From contig NC_068982.1 of assembly GCF_001194135.2 (NCBI RefSeq), positions 77,998,077-78,060,736 of the forward strand: a DNA stretch of 62,660 bases. Direction: 5' to 3'. The translations under genes and the position numbers were made by a program. The DNA is from Octopus bimaculoides. Taxonomy: Eukaryota. Positions within the stretch are counted from its first letter, which is position 1, and each line of letters begins with the position of its first letter. Of the stretch, positions 1 through 12,799 are shown piece after piece. The notes below the pieces were generated by a model that saw only the letters and a program-made list of their open reading frames with translations, made no database searches and was not told the DNA's origin.

Positions 1-50
<50 letters not shown>

Positions 51-140
51 TACACACACATACTGACACGTACACACAAACTCACGTGCGCACGCACGCA
101 TGCACATACACGCGCACACCCCCACCTCCACACACAAACA
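1..140. repeat. (CA)n microsatellite and CA-rich degenerate tract
   Basis: Perfect (CA)n at 1-47 followed by interrupted CA/CG repeats. The first of dozens of (CA)n, (TA)n, (GA)n, (TACA)n, (TATC)n, (AAT)n and (TAG)n tracts across the window. Confidence 0.95.
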
Positions 141-267
141 CATACACATTTATGATGAGAGAGAGGAAGAGAGATAGACAGAGAATAACATACATTTACA
201 CAGATATCTACGTATACATATCCGTAATATAAAAAAGCAAAATATGTAGGACATATGTTTAGAAAGG

Positions 268-1567
268 AAATTTGTTTTTCCTTTTTGTTTTGATGACTTT
301 CATTTCTATGGGATTCATAAAATAAACATTGCATTAATGGATATGAATACCTTGTAGCACCTAGTGATTTCATGTTATTGTGCTTTTAATGAAGTCCTTG
401 ATAAATTTTGCGTAGTAAAAAGGCCTCTTACATATCAAAGTGATATAATTTCTCAAATATATGACATTATTAATCTTCAACCTAATCTAATCTAATATAA
501 TCCGCACAGTGTATTACCAAAGGTTAATAATAGCTTCCCGACAGATTCGCCATTTTTGATAAACGTATTAACTGCAAACGTACTGTGCGCGTCAACCCAA
601 GCCATGAGAATAACTGCAAAAAGAAAACAACAACAACAAAAAAAAAACGGTATGATATTAACTACATGAAGATACCATTACCACCTACCCACATTCACTT
701 GCACCACAACAATGACCATGTAAAATACGGAAGGTTTTTCTGCTGCATCCTATATTTCTTGAATGTCGGTCACTGCTATAGGTTATTCATTTATTTATTT
801 TGTTGCTTTTGCTTTCACCCGAGGCTAACCTTTTATCAACCAAACTTGCTAACGATTTTTAAAAAAATCTATTATTTACCTTCTTTCAAGTGTCACTTGA
901 GAATTATCATCTCAAACTCTGCTTGTTTCCAGTTAAACACATCACCCAGAGATAATGCTTAACCGATGGACATTTTCACAATGCACAGATCATAAATTTA
1001 ATACCGACAACCCAGTACAAAATAAGAAATCGTGACACGTGGGAAGTGGATGACATTTTTACTTTCTTGGCATTTTCATTTCCAGGTGCAAAGTATCGTC
1101 AGTGGAATATTCGAGATGGTCGAGTGAAAATTTCGGCAGAATAGTGGACAAAGAGTTTATACTTGGTATTTTATCTTCAATCTTTTGCTAGCTTCAGTCA
1201 TTGCACAGCGGCCAAGTTTACATGGAAGAAAGGCCACGTTTTCTGGTAACGGAAGACATTAGTTTAACATTAGAATAATTGATAATTAAATTCTATCGGG
1301 TTAATCTTAAAATTTAAAATAATTAATTATAAGAAACGAATATTTTTTCCCTTTTGATAATATAATTTTGACTTCCATCCCTATGGGATTGATAAAATAA
1401 ACATTGTATTAATGGCTATGAATACGTTGTAGCATTTAGTGATTTCATGATATTGTGCTTTTAATTCTTGATTAATTTTGTCCAGTAAGAAGGTCTCTTA
1501 CAAGTCAAAGTGATATAATTTCTCAAATATATAGGACATTACTAATCTTCACCCCAATCTAATCTAA
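268..1567 (+). repeat. Pair of diverged ~230-bp direct repeats (268-495 and 1338-1567)
   Basis: ctatgggattcataaaataaacattgcattaatgg...caaagtgatataatttctcaaatata...aatctaatcta recurs as ctatgggattgataaaataaacattgtattaatgg...caaagtgatataatttctcaaatata...aatctaatcta. Family unassigned. Confidence 0.85.
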
Positions 1568-2831
1568 CAAAAAAAAAAAAAGGTTTTGCAGTGAATCATG
1601 TAACTTATTTTCGTAGATGTTTTCCTCGTGAGTAGAAGAAAACAAAACTCGTAAATCACTCATATGTGGGTTTTTCCAGTTACAACAGATATTCTGCTAA
1701 CAAGCCTAAAACAACACTTCTTAGGTTCAGATCCATGATTTCGCGAGACTAACGGATGACTTCACAACAATTAGGTATTCGTCTAATCGTCGGGGAAGAA
1801 ACATTTGCGATTCCTTAAGTTGTCATAATGTCTCAGAAAACGAGTGCTGAAGTTGGATACACCTTCCATATTACAACTTGTAGCGGGGTATGAGTTTCGT
1901 CAACAGGGTAGAAATTAATAACATTCGGCTTTCGTTGTTACTGTTTTTGAAGGCGTCGGAGTGGTTGAATCGTAAGCGAGTCGGACAAAATGTTTGTACA
2001 TTATATAATCCTTAAGCTTAATGTAAGCTTAATGTAGTCGTCCCCTAGTTTATGAAAAAAACACCAAAATCCTTGTATAGAACTGTGCGCTTCACAGTTC
2101 CAGCGACGCGGTATTTGGTCGTTGTGCGCATGCCCACATGTCTGAGATAGGAAGCTCTACGCTAGGGAAAGAGAGCACTGTGGTTCACGCAGTGCCGACC
2201 CTAATGTGCAGGTGAAAGGTAGTGTTTCTTTTTGACTCCACGTGTATTGTGCTTAAAAACGTGTTTATATTCTTGAATGTAATAAAGTATTGCTGCCAGG
2301 ATTTGAAAAATAGGCAGATTTTCCCCTCATTTTGTGATATAGGGGGGATCTTTNNNNNNNNNNNNNNNNNNNNNNNNNNNNNNNNNNNNNNNNNNNNNNN
2401 NNNNNNNNNNNNNNNNNNNNNNNNNNNNNNNNNNNNNNNNNNNNNNNNNNNNNNNNNNNNNNNNNNNNNNNNNNNNNNNNNNNNNNNNNNNNNNNNNNNN
2501 NNNNNNNNNNNNNNNNNNNNNNNNNNNNNNNNNNNNNNNNNNNNNNNNNNNNNNNNNNNNNNNNNNNNNNNNNNNNNNNNNNNNNNNNNNNNNNNNNNNN
2601 NNNNNNNNNNNNNNNNNNNNNNNNNNNNNNNNNNNNNNNNNNNNNNNNNNNNNNNNNNNNNNNNNNNNNNNNNNNNNNNNNNNNNNNNNNNNNNNNNNNN
2701 NNNNNNNNNNNNNNNNNNNNNNNNNNNNNNNNNNNNNNNNNNNNNNNNNNNNNNNNNNNNNNNNNNNNNNNNNNNNNNNNNNNNNNNNNNNNNNNNNNNN
2801 NNNNNNNNNNNNNNNNNNNNNNNNNNNNNNN

Positions 2832-2882
<51 letters not shown>

Positions 2883-3527
2883 TGATGATGATGGCCTCGA
2901 CACATTTTATTACAAACAGTGACAGACAGGAATATGATTGCATGGAGAAATTCGAAAGGGTACCGTTAATCCCCTGTAGTTTCTCCTAATGAATTAAAGA
3001 TAAAATAACAGAATAGATACCGAAAATACACATTATTCTAAGACATTTTTTCTCAACTTCAATCTGTAAATGTTTTCATAACGCTTTCTATATCTATCTT
3101 TCCACAATATTATTTTTTATTGGCAAAATTGCCAAAGAATTTAATCTCTCTTGTGTCATGAACGACCGTTAATATATCTTTGGAAGCTTTAGTTTCCTAA
3201 AGCTGCTCTCTCAATACGCCACTTCAAGTGAGCTTAAGCCATTACTGTTAAGGCAACCCACAGAACTAGTATGTCATGCTCTAGCATATTACTGTTGAAG
3301 AATCTAATGGTTTATATCGGAAGCTTATACATTTTCTTTTATTTGCAATATCTTGTTCTGTAAAGACATCGCATCTGTTAATACCACTATTTTCTTAACT
3401 AATCGGCCTAAAATCTCGGTTAACTTTTATCTGGCTAATCTGTTATGTTACAGAAATTACCTATTTATTATCAAAACTTCGTCTAAATCACTCAAATAAA
3501 GAATTACTAACTTTACTGAGTAATGTA

Positions 3528-4415
3528 CGCATGTGATCCGACTTCATTTTTTCCCATCAAAACTAATGATGCATGGGCAAAATCGTTTGGGTGGGAAGTG
3601 ATGCCACCCTTACTGCGCAGAAGTGAAAGTTTTCACGCCGGTAGGCTGTGTCAGTTCTTGGCTGTTACACCTAGAGTACAGACGTGTAGTGCACGCTCGT
3701 CGGATTTTCGTTTTCAGGCAAGATGACCGAACGCATCTGATGGTCTTCATGAAGTCTGAGTGGTAGTTTGCCTCAGTGATGATGATGGTCTTCATGAAGT
3801 CTGAGTGATTTACATGAGAAGTTGCTTATGCTGCTCCGCTAGCACCTTGTGGGTGAATTTCCTCCCCAAGGCGCCGGGGACAGCACTCTCTACATGTACA
3901 AATCCTCCGTTAAAATGGAATGCACTGGCCCTGTGCTTATTCCCACTTCGTGAACGGTCTTCCATGACTATTTTCCGAACATTCTTAATCGGTTCCTCCT
4001 TTCGGCTTGTGGATGGCCTACCTGAGTATGTCTCGATCTCCACTGAGGTGCGACCATGTTTGAAGCGGCTGCACCACTCCTTGATCTGAGTTTTGCCCGT
4101 GACGTCATCGCCAAAGGCCGGCTGGATCTTCTGGATGGTTTGAGCTTGAGTATCACCAAGCTTTTGGCAGAACTTGATGCAATATCTTTGCTCGATGCGT
4201 TTCGTCATATTGCCTGAAAACGAAAATCCGACAATCGCGTACTAAACGTCTGTTCTCTAGGCGTAACAGCCCGGGAACTGACGGAGCCTACCAGCGCGAA
4301 AAGTTTCACTTCTGCGCAGTAAGAGAAACGTCACCTTCCACCCAAAGGATTTTGCTCTCGCGGCATTAGTCTTAGCGGGAAAAAATAAAGTCGGATACTT
4401 TTTGAACACACCTCG
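3528..4415 (-). mobile_element. Internally deleted mariner element whose 3' end is an inverted copy of its 5' ~200 bp
   Basis: The right end reads (minus) TA-CGAGGTGTGTTCAAAAAGTATCCGAC, a mariner-type TIR. Segment 3536-3737 is an inverted copy of 4194-4396, roughly 80% identical by eye. TA flanks both ends. Confidence 0.85.
3750..4208 (-). pseudogene. Mariner transposase N-terminal fragment (HTH region to first catalytic-motif region)
   Basis: MTKRIEQRYCIKFCQKLGDTQAQTIQKIQPAFGDD...EWCSRFKHGRTSVE...SGRPSTS is a typical mariner HTH. It is frameshifted and ends at DFMKTII (a remnant of xFLxxIITGDE). Confidence 0.9.
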
Positions 4416-5654
4416 TATGTACACGAGTACTTAAAACGCTCTCTTGTTTATCTGTCTTTAGTACTTTGTTAAGGCCTCTACATAGATGATGAGTGGCAAC
4501 CTTGACCAATAGAGTCCCTCCCTTCACCAAATGCCCTTTATTCTGTATGTCCTCTGAAGTTGGCACATGGTTTCTAACTCGCAGATATTGCCATTTTTAA
4601 TGTTAGCTAAGGGGCCAGATTTGTTTATTAAGAACTTGAAAAAAAATCTATCTCCTATCTTTAAAACCATTGTATATTCAAAATGTTTGAAGATCAATGT
4701 TACCCAAGATCTTGCTTCGACTTTCTCGGTGGTACAGGCCACTTGCCGACATTTAAATAGATGTGCAGTGAACAAATACAGTATATAGCTAAGATGTAAG
4801 TAGTTTCCCAAAAAGTATAATGACAGTTGCTTCTGCTAGGGCTCTATGGAAGATGTACCTCCCAGGAATAAGAGAAAAGTAAGACGAGAAGGTGGATGGA
4901 TGGATGGATGGATGGATGGATGGATGGATGGATGGATGGAAATAGTTTCTAGTGAAATAACTAAAAATCTTGCAAATATCAAAACAACAGAAATGTATTT
5001 AAGAGGAATGGACGTGTCAATGAGTGCTTTTATGAAACAAATATGTTTCTTAATATAATGTACGGAGGAATAAGTAAATAATAACAGTGCCAGAGCTGTT
5101 GAAATATTTGTCCTCTGATACAGGAACTACAGAAGGAAGGACACATCCTAAATCATTCAACTTCAGAAGGTAAACTGAAGTACAGTTGTTTAGAGGAGGT
5201 ACTTGAGATGTTGTTGTTCCAAGTTGATAAAAATGCAGCAAGGTGTGAGCAGGCTAAATTGAAACAGATGATAACGGCACAGATCAACGTAGTCGCAATA
5301 ATGACTTAAGCATGGGTATATTATCGCACTCAAAAACCACTTCGTTAGTCTATTTGCAATATGAACAACGGTGATTCACATAGTAAACGCCAGTGCATTC
5401 GTGAAGCCCACATGCATAGAAATGCATAACTTCAGCTTACCTAACATATGTTTTAAAGCTTCGGTGAAGAAATATTTTCTATTATTCGATAGCAGCGATG
5501 AGCAATGCATAAAATGTTGACAGCGAAGACAGCAGTCTCCAATAATGACGTTAACTTTACACTTAGCATCCGTTTTTGCTTAAATTGTTCCATTGTCGTC
5601 TATCTCTCCCTTCTCTTATGCACTATATATACATATACATATACACACGCACAT

Positions 5655-5764
<110 letters not shown>

Positions 5765-6902
5765 GCATCTCATATCAGTATTCCGTGAAAGAGCTAAGAA
5801 GTAACAAAATGAAAATTAGTCTCATATTTCACAAATTACGTTAGTATTTTGCACTCTACAAACAATATGTCACCAACGGTGTATTGAAGCAGTGCCAGGG
5901 ACATAAACAAAAACGAGGTAAACCACAGAATCTGCTGCTGCAAATGTTAATCGTTTTAGCAGATGCACTCCAACAGGATGTATGCTACTCTGGAGTTGTT
6001 TACGTCATAACATTTTATCAATCTTAACTCAGTTACCTGAATTCACTCGAATCTACTGGTTAGTAATACAACCGGGTGAAGAGGTAATAACAGGAATTTA
6101 TTTGACTTATAAACAACCCACTTCGTATGTATGTGTGTGTGAAATAATATGTTAACAATAAGTTATTGTCGCGAAGATTAGCTTAATTTACTGAAATATT
6201 CCATATACATACTGAAGACTGTGATTTGGTAGAGTGGTTGGATAGAAGCCATCGCGTTGTTTGGTTAAATTCTATGAGCTCATAGTTCAAATCCCATGAG
6301 GCCAACTTTGCCTTCTATGTTTTCGGGGTCGATAAGAAAAAAAAGGACCTATTCTGAATGATGAATTGGTGGCGGAGCTGTCAGAGTTTTGGTTGAAATT
6401 CCTTACAATATCCTTTCTGGCTCTTCGTATTCTGGCAGCGATTCCTGTGAGATCACTAGTGCCAAGCTGTATTGGCTAAAGTTGGCAGTTTTCTCTTCAA
6501 TAAATATGACAGACGCGGAAAGGGGAGACAATCTGTCTTTCAAAAAGACCTTATTTAGTCTTGCAGTACATATACAGCTGGTAGGTCACTGATGAGCGAC
6601 AGAGGCCCTTCATTACATTGTTAGTTTTGTCATCAGTCTGGACATGTTTATAATCTAGCTTTGATTCATTGTTGGTGATATATATATACTTTAACTAAAT
6701 TACCGGCAAGTTACCTTGTCAGTGATGTAGCCTCTATATGACCGTTTAATTAGTTAGAAATAACAGCCAAATTTTCCGCAAATCATACACGAATATCTTA
6801 ACACACACGCGCGCGCACACACACACAGATACACACAAACACACACACACACGCACATACATACATACATACATACATACATACAGTTCTATATTAGCCC
6901 AC

Positions 6903-7175
6903 GGGCATATGGCGTATTGGTTAAGAGCGCGGGCTACTAACACCAGGATTCCGAGTTCGATTCCAGGCAGTGACCTGAATAATAATGATAATAATAATAA
7001 TAATAATGATAATAATAATAATAATAATAACAACATCGAAAAATACCTTAGGAATGAGAACCCAGGTTCGAAATTTCCCCTAGACACCTGATGAAGGCTG
7101 GAGGGTATATCAGCCGAGACATTGTGTTAACAACAAGCAAGATGAGGACAAATATCTGTCAAATGTAAATAATAT
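6903..7175 (+). mobile_element. tRNA-derived SINE-like element: tRNA-like head, (AAT)n linker, hammerhead-like PLE-type tail
   Basis: A-box-like TGGCGTATTGG (6910-6920), B-box GAGTTCGATTCC (6953-6964) and (AAT)n at 6978-7030, then the CTGATGA motif at 7088. Confidence 0.65.
7083..7128 (+). ncRNA. Degenerate minimal type I hammerhead-like motif
   Basis: GACAC-CUGAUGA-A-GGCUG(gagggtatat)CAGCC-GAGA-C-AUU-GUGUU. Stems I and II are intact, but it has GAGA in place of GAAA and a C:A mismatch in stem III. Confidence 0.6.
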
Positions 7176-7194
7176 ACATACATATATACATACA

Positions 7195-7670
7195 CCATCG
7201 ACCGCCTTCTCCATCTAGCTTTTTCCATCTACTCCTCTCAGTCGCCCTCCCAAGCTAACACTACTTTACGTTACATAATTCATTTAAATCATTTCTTTCA
7301 TCAATTTCTCGCTCACTCCAAACAACGTAAACTCTACTTACTCCTCCATTCCATCACACCCGATGCCACAACCAAGCTCCTCTCCTAACCTCTTCCCCTG
7401 ATACGTGAGATCACCACTACTTTATTATCTCCTTTTCATCCTAGCTCACCTGTGTGACCCCTCTGTCCGGCATTCGCCATGATAGATCGCTAGCCACTAT
7501 ACCTTTTTCTATTTTCTCTCATTGTTTATTTGTGTGTTCCTTTCTGTCGAAGAGCGTAGGCTCGAAACGTAAGAGACTTTCTCACTTCCCGAGCGTTAAA
7601 CTAATATATCTGTTTGTTGTTTACACACCTGTCTTCGTCTTTTGTGTTTTTTTTTTGTAAATTCTCACTA
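7195..7670 (+). mobile_element. Penelope-like pseudo-LTR/tail fragment (CUGUYGA hammerhead family)
   Basis: The pyrimidine-rich tail with a hammerhead-like motif is shared with 12200-12360 and 36280-36430. All three end at AT/CTAT microsatellites. The PLE assignment is inferred from the motif. Confidence 0.5.
7539..7576 (+). ncRNA. Hammerhead-like motif, variant core CUGUCGA
   Basis: CCUUU-CUGUCGA-A-GAGC(gtag)GCUC-GAAA-C-GUA-AGAGA. Confidence 0.55.
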
Positions 7671-8636
7671 TATATATATATATATATATNNNNNNNNNNN
7701 NNNNNNNNNNNNNNNNNNNNNNNNNNNNNNNNNNNNNNNNNNNNNNNNNNNNNNNNNNNNNNNNNNNNNNNNNNNNNNNNNNNNNNNNNNNNNNNNNNNN
7801 NNNNNNNNNNNNNNNNNNNNNNNNNNNNNNNNNNNNNNNNNNNNNNNNNNNNNNNNNNNNNNNNNNNNNNNNNNNNNNNNNNNNNNNNNNNNNNNNNNNN
7901 NNNNNNNNNNNNNNNNNNNNNNNNNNNNNNNNNNNNNNNNNNNNNNNNNNNNNNNNNNNNNNNNNNNNNNNNNNNNNNNNNNNNNNNNNNNNNNNNNNNN
8001 NNNNNNNNNNNNNNNNNNNNNNNNNNNNNNNNNNNNNNNNNNNNNNNNNNNNNNNNNNNNNNNNNNNNNNNNNNNNNNNNNNNNNNNNNNNNNNNNNNNN
8101 NNNNNNNNNNNNNNNNNNNNNNNNNNNNNNNNNNNNNNNNNNNNNNNNNNNNNNNNNNNNNNNNNNNNNNNNNNNNNNNNNNNNNNNNNNNNNNNNNNNN
8201 NNNNNNNNNNNNNNNNNNNNNNNNNNNNNNNNNNNNNNNNNNNNNNNNNNNNNNNNNNNNNNNNNNNNNNNNNNNNNNNNNNNNNNNNNNNNNNNNNNNN
8301 NNNNNNNNNNNNNNNNNNNNNNNNNNNNNNNNNNNNNNNNNNNNNNNNNNNNNNNNNNNNNNNNNNNNNNNNNNNNNNNNNNNNNNNNNNNNNNNNNNNN
8401 NNNNNNNNNNNNNNNNNNNNNNNNNNNNNNNNNNNNNNNNNNNNNNNNNNNNNNNNNNNNNNNNNNNNNNNNNNNNNNNNNNNNNNNNNNNNNNNNNNNN
8501 NNNNNNNNNNNNNNNNNNNNNNNNNNNNNNNNNNNNNNNNNNNNNNNNNNNNNNNNNNNNNNNNNNNNNNNNNNNNNNNNNNNNNNNNNNNNNNNNNNNN
8601 NNNNNNNNNNNNNNNNNNNNNNNNNNNNNNNNNNNT

Positions 8637-8667
<31 letters not shown>

Positions 8668-8864
8668 CGTGTGTGCGTGTGCGTGCGTGCGTGCGTGCGT
8701 GCGTTTTGACTCCAGTGACAATAAGTTCTGTCGCCAAAACAAGCTGACTATCCAGTTAGCTGTGCCAAATCGTCAGCGTCCAAACAACTGCACTCAAAGG
8801 TCTAATTCCAACATATCTCGTCTTATTTTTATCTTCTCTCCCACCAACTACGAGATAATCTGCT

Positions 8865-9015
8865 GAATTAAGTTTCGCCCTTTGACCACTCTTCATTGTT
8901 TTCGTCTTTCGAGGTCGAAAAATAAGTACCAGTTGAGTCTTGGGGTCGATGTAATCAACTTAACCCCCTCACCCGAAATTACTGGCCTTGTGGCAAAATT
9001 TGAAATCAATATTAG
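8865..9015 (+). mobile_element. SINE family B fragment (GCCTTTCATCCTT...GGGGTCGATAAA...AGTACCAG central domain)
   Basis: Matches other copies in the window at 6230-6340, 17150-17340, 19560-19700, 33040-33225, 44290-44390, 46610-46815, 48601-48997, 53030-53215 and 61965-62185. Confidence 0.75.
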
Positions 9016-9224
9016 GACTACGATATTTCATTTAGATTTATTTGGTGAATTATACTAATTACTCTCATACAATGTAATTTAGTTGGAAAGAATTATCGCC
9101 ATAAATAGACTACCCCATTTTTTTTTTACAATGCTATAAACTTATATGGTTTCTTTTCAGCACACTGCATCCTGATTAAACTTCTTTCCCTGATGCCAGG
9201 TTTTTAGTGTTATGTCGAAACAGG

Positions 9225-9520
9225 ACCAAGGCATGGCTTTGTAGTTAAGAAGCTCACTCTCCAATCACTTGCTTACGGGTTCGGTGGCATCTTGATCAAG
9301 TGCCGTCTACGATAGCTGCGAACAGATCAATGTTCTGTGAGTGAATTTGGTAGACGGAAACTGTATTATTGAAGCCCAACTTTCTCTCTTTCTTCCTGTT
9401 TCTTGAGTAACGTTGCGATGGACTGGCGTCCCGTCCAGCTGGGGGAACACATACGCCATAGAAACCGGGTAACCAGGCCCATGAGCCTGGCTAGGCTCGA
9501 AAAGGGTGGAAAAAATGTAT
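9225..9520 (+). mobile_element. Composite SINE fragment (family A head plus gcgatggactggcgtcccgtccag 3' domain)
   Basis: The 5' part aligns with the 12367-12739 family. The 3' part resembles conserved SINE body domains (recalled, unverified). Confidence 0.5.
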
Positions 9521-10854
9521 ATATATATACACACACACACATATTCATACACATATATATATATATGTACGTATGTGTGCAGGTATGTATATGTAGGAGT
9601 GTTCATGCATATATTCATTTATTAATGAATTTATGTATGTATACACGCATTTATGTATGTATCTATGCATGCATGTATTATGTGTGTATGTATGTATGTA
9701 TGTATGTGTGTATGTATGTATGTATGTATGTATGTATGCATGTAAGCGATCTAAATATATATACCACATTAAGCGAACCTAGATGGTTTAACAGATTACA
9801 AGAAGTCATACTGCTGCCAAGGACACAGTTTACAACATCTGTAGTCAATCATCAAAACTCACAAACTGGAAAGGATTGGTTTTCAAAAGCAACGTAAGCA
9901 AAACAAGCAGCCAATATCCAAGAAGTAGATGTTTTCGTGCACCCAAAAAGCCTGCGAAGTTTCAACTGTATTTGTTGTTTAAGAGGACACTAACCAGATT
10001 TTGTTATTTTTCTATTCAGGACTTCGGAATCTCGACAGCACTTTAAGATTCTTGCAGGAAGAGTCAATGCTACATTTGCGCCAGCCTCTTCCCTCTAAAG
10101 AGCATAACATTTGAGGATAGATTGATGCATATTTTAAGGTTATATCAGCCAATTTCTTGGACTCAGACCGCCCAATGTATTTTGGGTTGGGAAATGCGAT
10201 AAACTGACCAATGTACCACGTTCTCGGCATATTCATCAGTTTTAAGGTGTTCTTTAAGTAGAGCCTCAGCAAAGCAGGAACTGCATTCAGGTCTCTGAGG
10301 ATACAAGGAAGGTCTCTGATTTATTTAAGGCCCCCCTCCATTAGCTGTCCGGGCCCCGGGCCGGTGTGCTGGTTAGACAAACTTCCTATATGCCCTGACT
10401 TTAGTTTTTCTGGAATACAGAAATCAACATTTCCTTCTCAGCATTAAAAAAAAAACCCCAATTTCTGCGACTCTTAACATGATATGTTCTGATGCAAACA
10501 ACATCAGTTTAACATTTTCTCCCTACTTTCTCCATAAAGACCTCATGTACGCATAAGAATCAGACCTCAAACACGGCCACTAATGTGAATATGGCAGTCT
10601 ACTCCCGAAATGCGGACACTGCAAATCTCAAGAAAATAAAGCCTTACCACTAAATCTCAGTCTAGCCATGAACAATACAGAAATAAACACATAAAAATTC
10701 CTGCAGATTCTAAGACTTACAATCTTCCATTTTAAGCCTAGAATGACTACCAGGTTTAATTTTAAGTCTATTAGTTATTTTGTTGAGTTAAAAGTTTTGC
10801 AATATTTTGGTAAGTGTTTTACTTTATTCGTCAAGTTACAATTAAAGCAGCCTA

Positions 10855-11030
10855 CCATTCAAAGCGAAGGCCATCGTGTGGCACCGTCTGAAGCCACCTT
10901 TCAGACAGTTCTTTGATCCCACGCTGATACCAGTTCTTACCCTTCAATGTGAAGAACTCCACAGAAGCTTCTACCTTGTCTTCGTTGGTGAAGCGTCACG
11001 AGCGCAAGAAGTGGACCATGGATGGCTACT
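10855..11030 (-). pseudogene. Mariner transposase C-terminal fragment
   Basis: The minus strand translates PSMVHFLRS*RFTNEDKVEASVEFFTLKGKNWYQRGIKELSERWLQTVPHDGLRFE, a typical mariner C-terminus with a stop. Confidence 0.85.
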
Positions 11031-11897
11031 TTTGTTGTAACTTGACGAATAAAGTAAAACAATTACGAAAATATTTCAAAACTTTCGACTCGACGCAATA
11101 TTCTTTCTTTGCCGAACCACTACATTACAGGGATATAAACAAACAAACGCAAGTTATCAAGCGATAGGAGGTAAGCACAATCGCAAACACCCACTCACCC
11201 TCTCTCTCTCACGTGTGCGTGCACACTCACTCATACACACACGACTGGCATCCACAGTTTCCGCCTAATAAATTTATTCCCTAGGCATTGGTCGAACCGA
11301 TGCTATAGTAACAGTCATTTGTTCAATATGCCACGCAGTGGAACTGATCCCCAGGCCATGTGGTTGCTAAGGGAGCTTCTTAACCACACAACCGTGCTCG
11401 GAACAAAAAGAATCCTCAAAACAGTCTAGCGTAAATTACTGTTGAGTAAGTACAACAAATCTAGACCAAGATATACATTTTAAACTGAATTTCTGGGCGT
11501 CGCCTTATATATACCGTACGTATCACTATGTGGTTCGTATTAAAATGATGCTTACGAATTGGTTAGAGCCTATTTTTCAATTAGCGTCTTCTAATTATTT
11601 TTCTTACGTATAATTTTTGAATAAATCATTGTAATTAGTGTAAGTCTAAACGTCAGAGGTAAGATGACCTTTAAAGCTTTGTTTCATATCAACTACCCAA
11701 AACAGAGAGAAGGATAATAATGTGAGTTCCAGAAGAAAAAAAAGCAAAACCAAAGAAAAAAACAGTATTTAACTTGCTAACCAGGCGACGATACGTCGTC
11801 TGGTTTGGAGCACGTGCAAGAACAAGAAAGCAAGCGCATCTTTTAAATGCGCGAGCACACACTCCCCCCCCACACAGATGTACAAACGCATAAAATG

Positions 11898-11950
<53 letters not shown>

Positions 11951-12301
11951 NNNNNNNNNNNNNNNNNNNNNNNNNNNNNNNNNNNNNNNNNNNNNNNNNN
12001 NNNNNNNNNNNNNNNNNNNNNNNNNNNNNNNNNNNNNNNNNNNNNNNNNNNNNNNNNNNNNNNNNNNNNNNNNNNNNNNNNNNNNNNNNNNNNNNNNNNN
12101 NNNNNNNNNNNNNNNNNNNNNNATATAAATATATATATACATATACATACGTAATACACACATACACATACATACACGCATACTATCATATGCATATATT
12201 ATATATATATGGGAGAATATACGAAAAAACAACAACAGGCGAGGACAGGTGGTGTAAATAACAAAAGGATGTATTAGTATGACGCTCGGGAATACGGAAA
12301 G

Positions 12302-12338
12302 TCTTTGACGTTTCGAGCTACGCTCTTCAACAGAAAGA
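12302..12338 (-). ncRNA. Hammerhead-like motif, variant core CUGUUGA, best-paired copy of the family
   Basis: The minus strand reads UCUUU-CUGUUGA-A-GAGC(gta)GCUC-GAAA-C-GUC-AAAGA. Stem I (5 bp) and stem II (4 bp) are perfect, with a GUC triplet and a palindromic ACGU stem III. Confidence 0.65.
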
Positions 12339-12366
12339 ATACGGAGACAAGGAGAAAAACAATATA

Positions 12367-12739
12367 GGCGTAGGAGTGGCTGTGTGGTACCACATGGTTC
12401 CGGGTTCAGTCCCACTGCGTGGCACCTTGGGCAAGTGTCTTCTACTATAGCATCGGGCCGACCAAAGAGACGGAAACTGAACGAAGCCCGTCGTTTATAT
12501 GTATATATATATGTATATATGTATGTGTGTGTATATGTTTGTGTGTCTGTGTTTTTACCCCCAACATCGCTTGACAAACGATGCTGGTGTGTTTACGTCC
12601 CCGTAACTTAGCGGTTCGGCAAAAGAGACCGATAGAATAAGTACTAGGCTTCCAAAGAATAAGTCCTGGGGTCGATTTGCTCGACTAAAGGCGGTGCTCC
12701 AGCATGGCCATAGTCAAATAACTGAAACAAGTAAAAGAG
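12367..12739 (+). mobile_element. tRNA-derived SINE family A (CORE-like), near full length
   Basis: Head GGCGTAGGAGTGGCTGTGTGG...GGGTTCAGTCCC, a CORE-like ccttgggcaagt segment, an internal (TA/TG)n and a tail gactgaaacaagtaaaaga. Other copies lie at 26572-26882, 40206-40710, 11235-11400(-), 41710-41900(-) and 57600-57770(-). Confidence 0.9.
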
Positions 12740-12742
12740 TAT

Positions 12743-12799
<57 letters not shown>

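Noticed and set aside
4372-4811. ORF fragment KGHLVKGGTLLVKV resembling a LINE ORF1 motif
   Set aside because: Similarity is too short and unsupported by flanking motifs.
6903-6975. Possible tRNA gene
   Set aside because: A and B boxes are present, but the acceptor and anticodon stems do not close and it runs into a repeat body. It is a SINE head.
9990-10400. Possible hAT transposase end with GGGCCCC-rich terminus
   Set aside because: No frame gives a convincing hAT dimerisation motif and only one possible terminus is seen.
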